NCBI GenBank assembly: GCA_032718475.1
Contig: JAUCBJ010008008.1
Coordinates: 1 to 56,698 of the forward strand
Length of the DNA stretch: 56,698 nt
From: Nemertoderma westbladi
Taxonomy: Eukaryota > Animalia > Xenacoelomorpha
Direction of reading: 5' to 3'
How positions within the stretch are numbered: position 1 is the stretch's first letter; each line of letters starts with the position of its first letter. Of this stretch, positions 38,281-49,400 are shown in pieces. The notes beneath the pieces were generated by a model. It did no database searches and was not told the DNA's origin. It worked only from the letters and a program-made list of their open reading frames with translations. Both the position numbers and the translations under genes were made by a program.

Positions 38281-39534
38281 ATCGCCCTTCGCACTTAGTA
38301 TGATTCCTGTTACCACCCATACACATACAATATATTACAGTATTACAATTCTCATTACTCTCAAGCAATAAAATAACAACAATAAATAATAACATATTAA
38401 TCTGACCAAACCAATAAACTACGTTATTGCCAATTGAAGGAAAGGATCAGGTTGCAGAGATGGTTTTTCTAACCAAAACAATAAACGATGTTGTTACTAA
38501 AAAGGGAAGGAGTAGGAGTAAAAAATGAACATGAGGGGGAGACAGGAATGGGGGAGGGGGGGGGGGGGGAGGGGGTAACATGAATGGTGGTGGTAGGAGG
38601 TAAATTGAAAATATGGGGGTATACCAGCCGGGGGGGGGGGGGGGGGGTAGCAGAAAACAGGCAGCTGAACAACGTAACCGAACGTTGCTTTCAATTAATT
38701 TCCATCTAATTAGGAAGATGGAATGTATACAAAACGGCGGTACTTTGATCGATGCTCACGTTCCCATGGTAGTATTTTTTCCAGTTAATCACTTAATATC
38801 TAATCGTCTGATGGCAAGCATCACCATCGCTCATATTAATATCCATTGGCAACTATGGACCCCTGCCCTATTAATGTTTTGTGTCCCTCATTAATGTTTG
38901 CGTCCCTCAATAATGTTTGTGTCCCTAATTAATATTTGTGTCCTGGCCGCAATACAAACCAGTATATAAATGATAAATTACGGGGTTTTGCCAGGCTATT
39001 GTTTCTGATTTAAGGGGTTTTACAGGTTGTTATTTCTGATTTAAGGGGTTTTGCCAGGTGGACTGAATTTCATATACTTGAATTTACGGTGTTTTGCAAG
39101 CCAATTATTGACTTGGGGGGTTCTGCCTCGAAGTGGGCATAAGTTACGGGGAACTGTCTTTGGCTTATAACTCAAAAATGGCTGGTAGAAAAGCTTCGGG
39201 GTTCTGCCAGACGAAAAAGCCGATATCGAATTACCCAAAAAGTCAAAAACATGAAAATCGAAAAAAATCGACTTAGGGGGTTCTGCCTTGAAGGTGACGA
39301 TAAATACACAATATTCTGGAACAATTTGTTTATGTATGATTAGCTAGGCAATATAGATATTGTATAGGCATACCGCTGTTGCCAACCAACTCATAAAATA
39401 AATATCACGTTCTAGAATTTTGTGTATTTATTAAATAGAATAAATGGCTTGCAGCGAACAATAATTCTTGCAATCTTGGAACGCCTATTTCTCAGCTGTT
39501 TCTCAATGAAATTCAGATATTGCTACATATTTGG

Positions 39535-40628
39535 TGTACGCGCTTTTGAAGACCTTTAGCAGTTTAACCTGCCAAAATTTATATGTCTTTTGGTTTATAA
39601 ATAGACTTTAGAAATTGACAAATATTTAATACCAATAAACACAACATTAGCAGAAGCCAGCCTAGTGCGCGTCCATTCACCCGCTGGATATACCCGGGAG
39701 ACTGGATTCTGAGGGCTTAGATTGTTATTGCAGTGTAAGCTTACTGTATTATTCGATTGATCGTTAATAAATAATTTCTGACCAATATTATTCACTTTCG
39801 GGAAATATTAACAGTTCCTTTAGGACGTGGCGCTCTATCTAGGTAAACAGAGATATGACTTATACTAAACACAACGGTAAGTCGGTAAGGCTTATGATTC
39901 ACGTATGAGGCGCATTCTTTAGGAAATGCTTAGTTATCAGCCACAATCATGCACACTACCGGTAACGCACAATACTGCTCACTAATTTGCCGACCGTCAA
40001 TGAATTTTATCATATATAAAGAGAACAGCAACTGACTCATGTAGTGCTTATCAAATAGCATTAAATTCACTACAAACCACAATAATATAAGTCGCAATCG
40101 CTATATGTAACCCGTCTCTCTAACCTGTAGTGTATCAAGAAAATTGGGAAATTTGGGTTCTTTATAGATGTTCTCCAAATAATATTTAACCAAATGATAC
40201 AAAATATGACAACAGTAAATAGCAGTATAATAATGTATGTTGAACCGATAATGTAAGACTGAACTGGACTGTTAAGACTGATAACAGTTATACGCTCTAT
40301 AATCTAAGCCTAAGTAAGACTGAACACTCCTAGCATGATCTGCCAAATATCTCCACATCGACAGAAAAAATCGCTCTGATTGGCTGTTAAGCTAAACAAA
40401 GAACCATGTGTCCAATGGCCGTTTCCATGTCAGCAACCAGCTGTTAGATGTCGTAATCTGAATCATCAAGGCTAAGCTGTGCCAGGGTATTTGACGCATT
40501 GCGGGTTTTTTGCCTTACCATGTCCACCAAAGCACACATATAGAAGAATGACTTTTATGTCCGTTAAAACACCTATAACGGTACCTTGCGGGCGAGGGGG
40601 ACTGAGTATATCCGCAAAAGCTTTTACA
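39535..40628 (-). repeat. 3' LTR (1094 bp)
   Basis: Direct repeat of 53341-54436 with about 10 differences seen by eye. Confidence 0.97.
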
Positions 40629-40706
40629 CCGCTCCCAGAAAATGGGATTCAAGTTTATAAATATACAAAAATCACAGTTTCTAATATATGTAAATACTCT
40701 AAACAG

Positions 40707-43700
40707 TTAGTCTTTCTTGCGCGGACGGCGTTTACGCAGTTTTTTAAAGCTAGCCAGAGTCTTTTTCTCTTTGGGGCGAGCCACTTTACAAGGAGGGCTA
40801 TAACTCCTTGGTGAAGGGTGCAATATGATTGCATCAGAGGGTGTAGGATTATGGTCGGTGTATCCGCCAGTCGAAGTACCGGGTTGATTGACATCAACGT
40901 CGGGGGAGAGGGGTCTAACGGCTTTGAGAGCTCGTTTTAAGACAGCCGCTCTTGCGGGTCCTTTACGAGTGGTCTGAACGAGAGCCGTGGGTGGACCATA
41001 GGCAGTCAGAAACCTCCTGGGTTTAATGGTTCTTTCCAACTCGCGTTCGCGGGCTCGGTATTCGTAAGGCCGTCGATATACTTCCTGTAACTCGGGGTGT
41101 GAGTTAACAAATAAGTCTCCATAGTCCGGATCCTGACGGATATAATTGATTAAGTTATAGGAATGAAGGTCGCTAGGATTAACACTCCTAAGAAATTTGC
41201 GTACGAACTTGGTTGAAATACATTCTCCGACGCGCTTCAGTAGTTCGTAACTCGATATGCGTGATTTCTGTTCGACAGAAGCGAATAGATAAGGATGGAA
41301 CGCATAAACTCCTTCGTAAGCGCGTCCAGGATAATAGCGATGGCGCGAATCACAATGTAGATCAGCGTTCGCTTCCCAAGCTCTGATGTAACGTAGTGTG
41401 ATCATTTCATCTACGCTTTCCAAATCGTGATTAAAAGGGCAATCGAAACTGGCGTGTCCCTTTAGTTGACAATGGTGACATTGAGTCATAAATTGAGGGC
41501 AAACCGCAAAAATATGCAAGTTATTGAGTCTGCAATATGCGCAATAAATTTCCATCGTCGGTTGTTCTTGGAAATAGGAACAGCGGACGTTTGTGTCCAT
41601 GGGCGTAACATGGTCTCTCGATGCGCATAACCGACAACGTTGCCTAGAAACATAGTTGGCATGTCGATAATCGTACGCAGTGAGACACTGTGGACCTTGA
41701 TACCATTCTATGATGTAATCGTTGTCGCTGTTCCGGGGCGCGATAGGCTGAATCTCCTCAGATTCTAGACATATTGGTTCGTCTTCCAAGTGCATAGCTG
41801 AGGTGGGCGTGTCTGTCTCTTCAAGTGGACCTATTGTCTGAATTTCCACGACAGAATAACCTGTGGGGATTCGAGGTCTTTGTATAACAGAGGAGTGCAA
41901 GTTCGATATACAAATCTCTTTGAAAATGGCGAATCCAGCGCTATCCAACTTCTCTGCAGCTGAGTTTCTTAGGCTGAGCTTGGTCAAAGCGCGGTCTTTA
42001 AATTGGCTATCCACGTTGCGGAACGGGGTTAAAAATCGCCGGAAACATTCGAAGCGGATGAATTTATTATGTTCATCTAGCTTAGCGAGTTTGGTCCCAA
42101 GTATTAATGGATGGGCGCGTATAGTACGACTGCACACATCGGCTAGCCAACCGGCAAGTGCGGTGTTTTCAAAGATCGTGTATATAGCTAAGGAGGGACG
42201 GAGTGGAACACTCATGAAGCTATACACGGCGCCAGGTGCGGTCAATGGTCCATCAAAGTATAATCGAGAATAATGGTCTCCGTATACTTGTTGATAGTTA
42301 ATGGGATTTCCGACTTTGAAATTCCATCCGTATTCCTGAAAGGCAAGATGTCCGATGGAAGTTCGTTGCACCTTTGTAATGTTGCTAGACGTATTAGCAT
42401 ACATGGTGCGGAAGAAACCTCGACCTTCTGCCCAGGGAGCAATCAGCTGAGTATCAACGAAAGGGTATGGAATGTTCTCCATATTCCGAAAGTCGTTTTG
42501 GAGATCTCCATAAACAGCTGAGCCGATTTTAAGGATTCTTTCGTTGAACAACATCTCGAGTACGGGCTGGGGTAACATCGATCCATCGATACCCATGGCC
42601 GGTTTGCGTTCGGTGTCAATGACGTAACGCTGCGCGAGTTCGAATTGTCCATGTCGGAGATTCTTTTGTGTTTCGGTGAGAGTTTCAAAGGAATAATCAA
42701 TCACGTCGGAACACGCTCGAGTAAACACGTGAGTAGAACCAGCTAATCCGCGTATGTGGATCATGCGCGTAGTTCCTATTTCTCCGACCGGAACGCTACC
42801 TTCGTTATCGTAGGTGACAACTCCATACATCTCAATAATATTAAGAGTTTCATTCCACTCCTTGGTGGCGTTCTCTAGGGTCATCCCTACTGGATGCCAC
42901 AAGGTGGCGCATTGGTTAGCGTCAGGGAGATCACTATACTTCATGTGCCGAGTGGTATACGTCTCCACATTTCCATATCTTTGTATTTTCTCTTCTTCAA
43001 ATAATACATCTAGATTCCAATGGACTAATCGAGTTTTAATAAATCCATCGAGATTATAAGGAGGTTCTATATCCTTCTCGATTCGAGAAATGTTATATGG
43101 TTTTCTAAATGAGTTTACCTTTACTAACTGATCCAGATGTTTCTGCAATTGTTCGAGCTCGACAATGTCTAGAGGATTTATTAGTGGTAGAAACTTTAAA
43201 TTATGCGTCGGGTCTTCTGGTTTTACCATATAATATTGAGTCAGATTAACGTAATAAGGGTGGTCTTTAATCCCATAAAACGAGTTCTGTAAAGGTCTAG
43301 CGCGTATGTTGACATCGTGTACCATACGACGGACAAGATCCGCTCGATTGTCCGGAGGTTCAACGAGTATACCGTCAACACGAGCGGCCTCGATCGGCGG
43401 ACGCTGTAACATAGGGGCGTCAGCGATAAGATTTTGCGATCCTGTACTGATATCAACCGGTTGAGGTTGTATCGTCGCGAAGAGTTTGTCTCCGAAATGG
43501 GGAATCATCGAGGGATGACGGACGGTTTTAGAGTAGAGATCCGTCATAAGGATTTGAGCTTCAGGTTGGGCTAAAGCGGCTTCTTCTCTCTCGTCCATTT
43601 TCGTGTGTTTCTCCTCGAGTAGATTTTCTTCCGCTTGTCTCTGTAAGCGTTCATCTAAAAATTCTTGTAGAGAATACGTGCGTCCAAGCTCGATGTCCTC

Positions 43701-44960
43701 CTCGAGGTTTTGGATTTCTCTATCGAACTGTGGCAAGGCCAACTCCTTCACCGATTGGACTTGTTGTTGTAATTTACGTTTCTCTAAACAATCTTGTGTT
43801 CCCTTTCCGATTTTCTGTCGAATGGCGTCTAAAGCGTTTCTTATAACGCTCTCTTCGACTTCCGTGGCGGGTTGCATCGGGTTTAATCCTGGACGATTGT
43901 AAGGATCAAATGGCGATATGAGCTGCCCGCGTCCCAATCCGGCTAAGTAGGATGGGCGAATGTCTAACGAACCCACTACCGGAGCACCACCGATTAATTG
44001 TTCGGGTAACACTAAGTCTTTGAACAGGGAATATAGTTCGGGAGGATCAGTGATACTGTTAGGATCAAGAGTTTGAGGTCTCACTAGGGAATGAGGAGGC
44101 CTGACCGAGTATTCCGGAACTCTGATCATGGGTTTATTCAGTGATCGTTTAAGACGAGCGATCGTAGGTGGTACGTCGAACAGGTTTCGCTCGAAACTCC
44201 CGTAAGTGTAACGCGTAAAGCTGTGTTTAGCGCAACGTCTCCGCGGATGTTTATGTCTTTCAGTTTGTTGGTTGGGTCTAGGGCATTCGTCACAATAATA
44301 CCAAAGACGTACGTCCTGCAGAGGAAACGCGGGTGATCGTTCTCCAGTTTTGCAGTATTCTTCCATTTGTTCAAAACTATCCGGGATAACAGGTAGTGGA
44401 CGATCGGCGGTAAGATACATCATAGTGAAATAGAGCCGTTTGAGTTCTACCACAGGGTCATGATGTATACCTTGAGGATATCGAGTCTCTAGGTTCTGCT
44501 GACTGGCGACGTTGAGATAGGTTTCTCTCAAAAATTCTAGGTATTCGTTGAAGTCGATGCGTTTATCCGGTTCTTCAACGTTTTCTCTTTCCAGTCTATT
44601 ACGAATAGAATTTTCGTGATCTATTCTCGGTTTATCGTTACGACTCCGCTGGGTATGGTATTTAAATAGAACCATTTCCCTCTCTGTATCTACATCGTCC
44701 GTATCATGTAAATCGATAGGATGGCCGGTAGTTAAGAAGTCCATATACGTACCATTACGATTCGTATAGCGAGCGGTGAATTTTCGATAATCCAATTCAC
44801 GCGCAAGTTGCTCTTGGGACATCGGCGGTTCGATATAACGACCATCGTCCTCTGTAATGGTTGGATCGGCTTCACCGCGTATTAAGCTATCCACAAATGC
44901 TTGTAAAGGTAGAGTATATCGCTCCCTAATACCAAGATCATCTTCTATCAACTCCGTCAT
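40707..44960 (-). CDS. 1417-aa retrotransposon cargo protein: DEDDy 3'-5' exonuclease-like domain (WRN/EXD/Mut-7 type) plus CCHC zinc knuckles
   Basis: VVTYDNE (ExoI), LPQPVLEMLFNERILKIGSAVYGDL (ExoII), FVDTQ, SIGHLAFQEYG, PLRPSLAIY (ExoIII-like); CRLCASRDH, CAYCRLNNLHIFAVC, CHHCQLKGHASFDC; basic C-terminus. The ORF itself is certain; the domain call is by eye. Confidence 0.75.
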   Translation of the reverse strand: MTELIEDDLGIRERYTLPLQAFVDSLIRGEADPTITEDDGRYIEPPMSQEQLARELDYRKFTARYTNRNGTYMDFLTTGHPIDLHDTDDVDTEREMVLFKYHTQRSRNDKPRIDHENSIRNRLERENVEEPDKRIDFNEYLEFLRETYLNVASQQNLETRYPQGIHHDPVVELKRLYFTMMYLTADRPLPVIPDSFEQMEEYCKTGERSPAFPLQDVRLWYYCDECPRPNQQTERHKHPRRRCAKHSFTRYTYGSFERNLFDVPPTIARLKRSLNKPMIRVPEYSVRPPHSLVRPQTLDPNSITDPPELYSLFKDLVLPEQLIGGAPVVGSLDIRPSYLAGLGRGQLISPFDPYNRPGLNPMQPATEVEESVIRNALDAIRQKIGKGTQDCLEKRKLQQQVQSVKELALPQFDREIQNLEEDIELGRTYSLQEFLDERLQRQAEENLLEEKHTKMDEREEAALAQPEAQILMTDLYSKTVRHPSMIPHFGDKLFATIQPQPVDISTGSQNLIADAPMLQRPPIEAARVDGILVEPPDNRADLVRRMVHDVNIRARPLQNSFYGIKDHPYYVNLTQYYMVKPEDPTHNLKFLPLINPLDIVELEQLQKHLDQLVKVNSFRKPYNISRIEKDIEPPYNLDGFIKTRLVHWNLDVLFEEEKIQRYGNVETYTTRHMKYSDLPDANQCATLWHPVGMTLENATKEWNETLNIIEMYGVVTYDNEGSVPVGEIGTTRMIHIRGLAGSTHVFTRACSDVIDYSFETLTETQKNLRHGQFELAQRYVIDTERKPAMGIDGSMLPQPVLEMLFNERILKIGSAVYGDLQNDFRNMENIPYPFVDTQLIAPWAEGRGFFRTMYANTSSNITKVQRTSIGHLAFQEYGWNFKVGNPINYQQVYGDHYSRLYFDGPLTAPGAVYSFMSVPLRPSLAIYTIFENTALAGWLADVCSRTIRAHPLILGTKLAKLDEHNKFIRFECFRRFLTPFRNVDSQFKDRALTKLSLRNSAAEKLDSAGFAIFKEICISNLHSSVIQRPRIPTGYSVVEIQTIGPLEETDTPTSAMHLEDEPICLESEEIQPIAPRNSDNDYIIEWYQGPQCLTAYDYRHANYVSRQRCRLCASRDHVTPMDTNVRCSYFQEQPTMEIYCAYCRLNNLHIFAVCPQFMTQCHHCQLKGHASFDCPFNHDLESVDEMITLRYIRAWEANADLHCDSRHRYYPGRAYEGVYAFHPYLFASVEQKSRISSYELLKRVGECISTKFVRKFLRSVNPSDLHSYNLINYIRQDPDYGDLFVNSHPELQEVYRRPYEYRARERELERTIKPRRFLTAYGPPTALVQTTRKGPARAAVLKRALKAVRPLSPDVDVNQPGTSTGGYTDHNPTPSDAIILHPSPRSYSPPCKVARPKEKKTLASFKKLRKRRPRKKD

Positions 44961-46424
44961 ATCTGCTATCTGAGTTTATTAATATCAAAATGAGTTTATG
45001 TTTAGGCGAGCGGGCGTCGCTGCCTACTTCTCTTTGCCCCCGGACAGTGGGATTCTCAGCGCCGATGTACCGTCGTCGCGGTGTTTACGCCAACATGTAG
45101 CAACAGCACGACAACGATAACCGGCACAAGTCACTCCACTGTCCGTCCCAAAGGCTTGGATCCACTTAGGTTCTTTCTATAGGAGAGTTGGGCTACTTTT
45201 ACAATTGCGACTAGCTACTGTAAACATACTTTAGCAGTAACATTCACCTATAAACGCACAAATTCCACACAACTGTCACCAATTGTACACATACAGGCCA
45301 TTTGTCCGTTAGTCAGTGCCTTCCAGAATGTCACGTTATTACTGTGTATCCTTGGATACTAACAGTGTGCTATGTATTCTCTATGCTATGCAATGGGACA
45401 AGCTTTCTATTGTTCTCTTAACTTGCTTCTAATTCTAGCGTGGGTGTTGCTATGGTGACATTATGGAATGCTAGCGGTAGAATTAGGGTAATTCTCATGC
45501 ATACAGATCTGGGATGCTATTTAATAGTAATTCTTTAATTGTCAATATCCTCTTTATGCATGATTTTATTAATTTTATCGGCTATTGACTATATGTTGGA
45601 GATTCTCGCACTCTAATACACTCAATAGGATGAATCTCCGCTCCCATGATCTATTAATTAATGGAATTTTGGGAATGTTATAAATTGCACAAAATGACAA
45701 TTTATGAAATTCATTTAAAATATGAATTTAAATTTATTCCCGTGAATTTTATTATGTGATGTTAAAATTGACACAATTTTTATTCCAGAACTTGTCTGGG
45801 GACGATAACCACTGATTCTAGAGTTTGTCTTTCAAGTATATCGGTGGGTGCCGCGATATCTTAATCGACTAGAATTACAGATGGTCAAAAGGTTTAACAG
45901 ATTTATTTGCGTTTCACGCTACTGTTAGAGGGACATCACGCTACTATATGTATTATTATATATGGTATGAGAGCAATATCGCACGAAGCAATGTCAGTGT
46001 GAAGAGGCAAGTCGTTTCCAAGGTCTACCCAGAGCTTGGTTTAGCCGAGACACGAGGATCTGAACTTTGCATTCCTAATACTCTGCCTACCAATAATACT
46101 TAAGTATAGTAGGAGCTTTATTGTACTTTAATAAGTACGGACATTTCATCTTACTGTAGTCACGTATTTATAATATGATACGGACAGTAAGGAAAGAGAA
46201 AAAATAATTATTTCTCGCCGTCGCACTAAATATATATTATAAGTAATTACGTACGTAATAAACACTAATATATTGCACTAATCTACTAAATAATCACTAA
46301 AAGAACATTCTACTAAATAAAATTAAAGAAAACGATTATAATAAAATTACATAATAATACATACATAAATATAAAATAAAAACAAATATAAAATGATATA
46401 GTCACACGCCCACTCCATATGTTA

Positions 46425-49400
46425 TTACGTTATGGAGTCCCTAGATATTTGTCGGATTAGGGAAGTGGTCGTAGGAAGAGTATCTCGCTTTCCATAGTTT
46501 CCGGACAGTTTTTGGTCTCTTTCCAGTAAACATAAACGACTAGCTGGGCGATTGAGTTGTTGTGTTACTTTCTCCGCTCCCTTGGCCTGTCTAATCTCCG
46601 CCGGGGTAAGATGAGGAGGCCATTCTTCTTCTTCTTTACTTAAGAAGTCAGATCCACCTAACCAGCCTGGAGTATCTATCAGTTCTTGAGGAGTTGCTCC
46701 TCTGGAAGCGATGTCGGCTGGATTAATCGTCCCAAGGCAATGTCTCCATTGATCTACGTTGGAGTTAATATCGTCATTATCTGAGGAGTATGGTGTTCCC
46801 TCAGTTGGATCGTCTACATCACTGCTCTCCACTTCCCATTCCTTTACTTGGTATACCTGTTGTTGAGGTAATCTCTCTTTGAGAGTTCTACGGGAAGGGC
46901 CAGTGAAGTACCAACCTACTCTAGTTCTTACCGCATAGGTTTGTAGTGGCTGCGGTTGAGCAGGCCGTTTCTCCAATGTCTCGAGCGCCTCATGCGCGTT
47001 TTGGCCGATGAGTATTTGCACTCCAGGATAATCTGTCTGGAATCGAGGTATCTTAAGATGTTGGATGCTCTCATCCTCGTCCCAATTATAAAGGTCTGCT
47101 TGAGTAGTAGCGAAGTTCTTTATAGCCACCATTTTTACCGACCTTATACCTTGTGCTCCTAATTTATCCTGGGGGGTGGACAACACACCTACATAGTAGT
47201 CTGCCGTTAGGGTAGATTTCCAAACCTGCATAATTCCTGACATATTCAATTTAGTCCGGAATTTGGGTTGTCCAGCAAAGATATCTTCGGCTAGTTCTTG
47301 ATCGATGAATGTTCCTGTGCTGCCGGAGTCAAGGAGGGCGTTCACTATGTAACTTTTGTTAGGACCGTGAACTCTTACCTGCACTACAGGAAATTCTCTG
47401 ATTCCTACGTTGGAAGTTGGAGCTTTCCAAGATGGTTGTCTGGCAAAAGTAGTTGGGGGGAACTCATTGTCGGTGTCCTTTTCATAAGTAAGTGCTCGAT
47501 ACACTGAGGTATTTATTAGGTAACAGGATTCGTTGGCGTCGGAGAATTCGTCAGTATAGAATCCTTCCATCTCAGACTCTTGATCAGTGTCATTTACATC
47601 ACTGAATTGGACATGTAGTTCGGGCTCACTTACCTGACTCGGGTTGTCTCGTTCGAACTCACTGTGTAACAAGATGTGATGTTTCGCGCCACACTTTGCA
47701 CACTTTACGTCGGAGTAACAGGTTCGCCGTTGGTGTCCTGGTCTGAGGCAATTATAGCATAACCGCTTATCCCACACGACTGCACGTCTGTCTACAAGGG
47801 ATTTCTTTAGAAATTCAGCACACGCACTCAAACGGTGGGTCCCGTCGCACAGCGCACAGTTAGGTTTTATGTTACTCACTTTACCTTGGGTAACCTGATG
47901 CACTCTCGTTCTTTCTTCGGGCTTTCTTCCGTGCATTCTGTTAGGAGACTGAGGAGGGGTCTTGGCAACCTGTTCTCTCCTATCGTTGGTTCGAGCCTTG
48001 TATTTACTTACGTCTTTTGAGGTTTTGTTAACGTAGTAAAATTTGTCAGTGTCTTTCCCGCTGTCCTCTTCTTGAGAAGCTTGGCTTTCGCCGTCGTCAG
48101 TGTAACACACCGGTGTGACTCTTCTCCTAGAAACGGGTTTCTCACTTACCTTATTTTCCGATGTTTTTTCTCTGGACTGCTTGATGAGTTGTAGTTTTAC
48201 TTCACCATCTAAGAAGGACATGAGATCAGCCATGGTAGGGCTTCGTCGTTGCTGCTCATTCATATACAACACTTTCTTGTCCCAGCGTGTACATACTCCA
48301 CCCTTTGGTAAAGTAGAGACTACTGCTCCAATAACCATGGAACTCTGATATTCATGAGACTTACCTAACCAGTCCAATTGTCTACAGATCTCCTGAATCT
48401 CATCGGAAAACTCTATAATCCCGCTACTAAGGAAGTTTCGGGGGGCTACTAATTTTGCATACAAATACTTAGCTATGTTATCCTTGTTACCATACCTGAT
48501 GTTTAATGTATCCCAAACTTGTCTTAATCCTTCTGGATGTCCAATAAACTTTAACGCCATTAACTTGGGAGGTCCTTCCAAGCACTTGATGAGGAACCTA
48601 AGTTTCTCTCCGTTAGATAGTACAGAGTTCTGTATGCTGTCTTTGTAATATTCATTGAAAGGTAACCATTTCATCTCATCTCCATTGAATTTGACGATCT
48701 CTCCCACTTTGACCGCTTGGCGGGCTTCTGTTCTAGCCATCTGACGCGTAAAGCTTTCTTGGGCCATCGTGTTATTTAATATCGAATTATCGGTATATAA
48801 ATTTCTCGGGTCATTATCAGGTCTATAGGGAATATCATTAACAACAGGTTTATAATCACCCTTAATAGGGTTTGCTATAGGAGTTTCTACTTCACTAGCA
48901 GTATAGATGCGTGTAGGCTCCACACCTTGCGCATGTAATACTTCAGACCTAACAGTTTGACACAATGTTACAGGGGGTATTGGTATACCCTTTTGTATAT
49001 TGACTAATTTGTCGCGTTCTAGCGCGATACTTTGCTGCACTTCTTGCAATTCGGCCCTACCTTCCCTTACTGTTCCCTTAAGTTGGTGGACAGTCTCCTG
49101 CATCTGTCCGAGCAGGAGATTCATCCCCCGCCGTCCCTCCTCTACCCACTCGACCGCCGAAGCGGGAGTCGCCAACATTGTAGCGGGCTGACGCGGGACG
49201 ACGGGAGACAAATCTTTGATTTCTCTCTCAGCTTCCAGGACAGGGATATTCTCATGGACTGTTCTACCGGGTACAGGCAGTGTAGTACTGTGTAAAGGGA
49301 ATTTAGAGTTAAGCTCTGGAAGTACAGGGGTCTCTAGCACAGCAGTGACTTTGGGAACGACAGGCCTAATTATTTCAGGCTCATCAACTATAGTAGGGAG

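Larger units (their letters stand above)
36594..39299. mobile_element. Non-autonomous DNA transposon with 37-bp TIR and 4-bp TSD (Sola-like, tentative)
   Basis: TIR cgtcaccttcaaggcagaaccccctaagtcgattttt; TSD ataa (36590-36593 and 39300-39303); the empty site is visible in the opposite MITE arm. Confidence 0.8.

Noticed and set aside
39595-40814. Short ORFs duplicated at 53385-53603 and 54287-54469
   Set aside because: They lie inside the LTRs; the duplication reflects LTR identity, not genes
40707-44960. Envelope gene interpretation of the extra ORF
   Set aside because: No signal peptide, fusion-protein pattern or transmembrane anchor; it has nuclease-like and zinc-knuckle motifs instead
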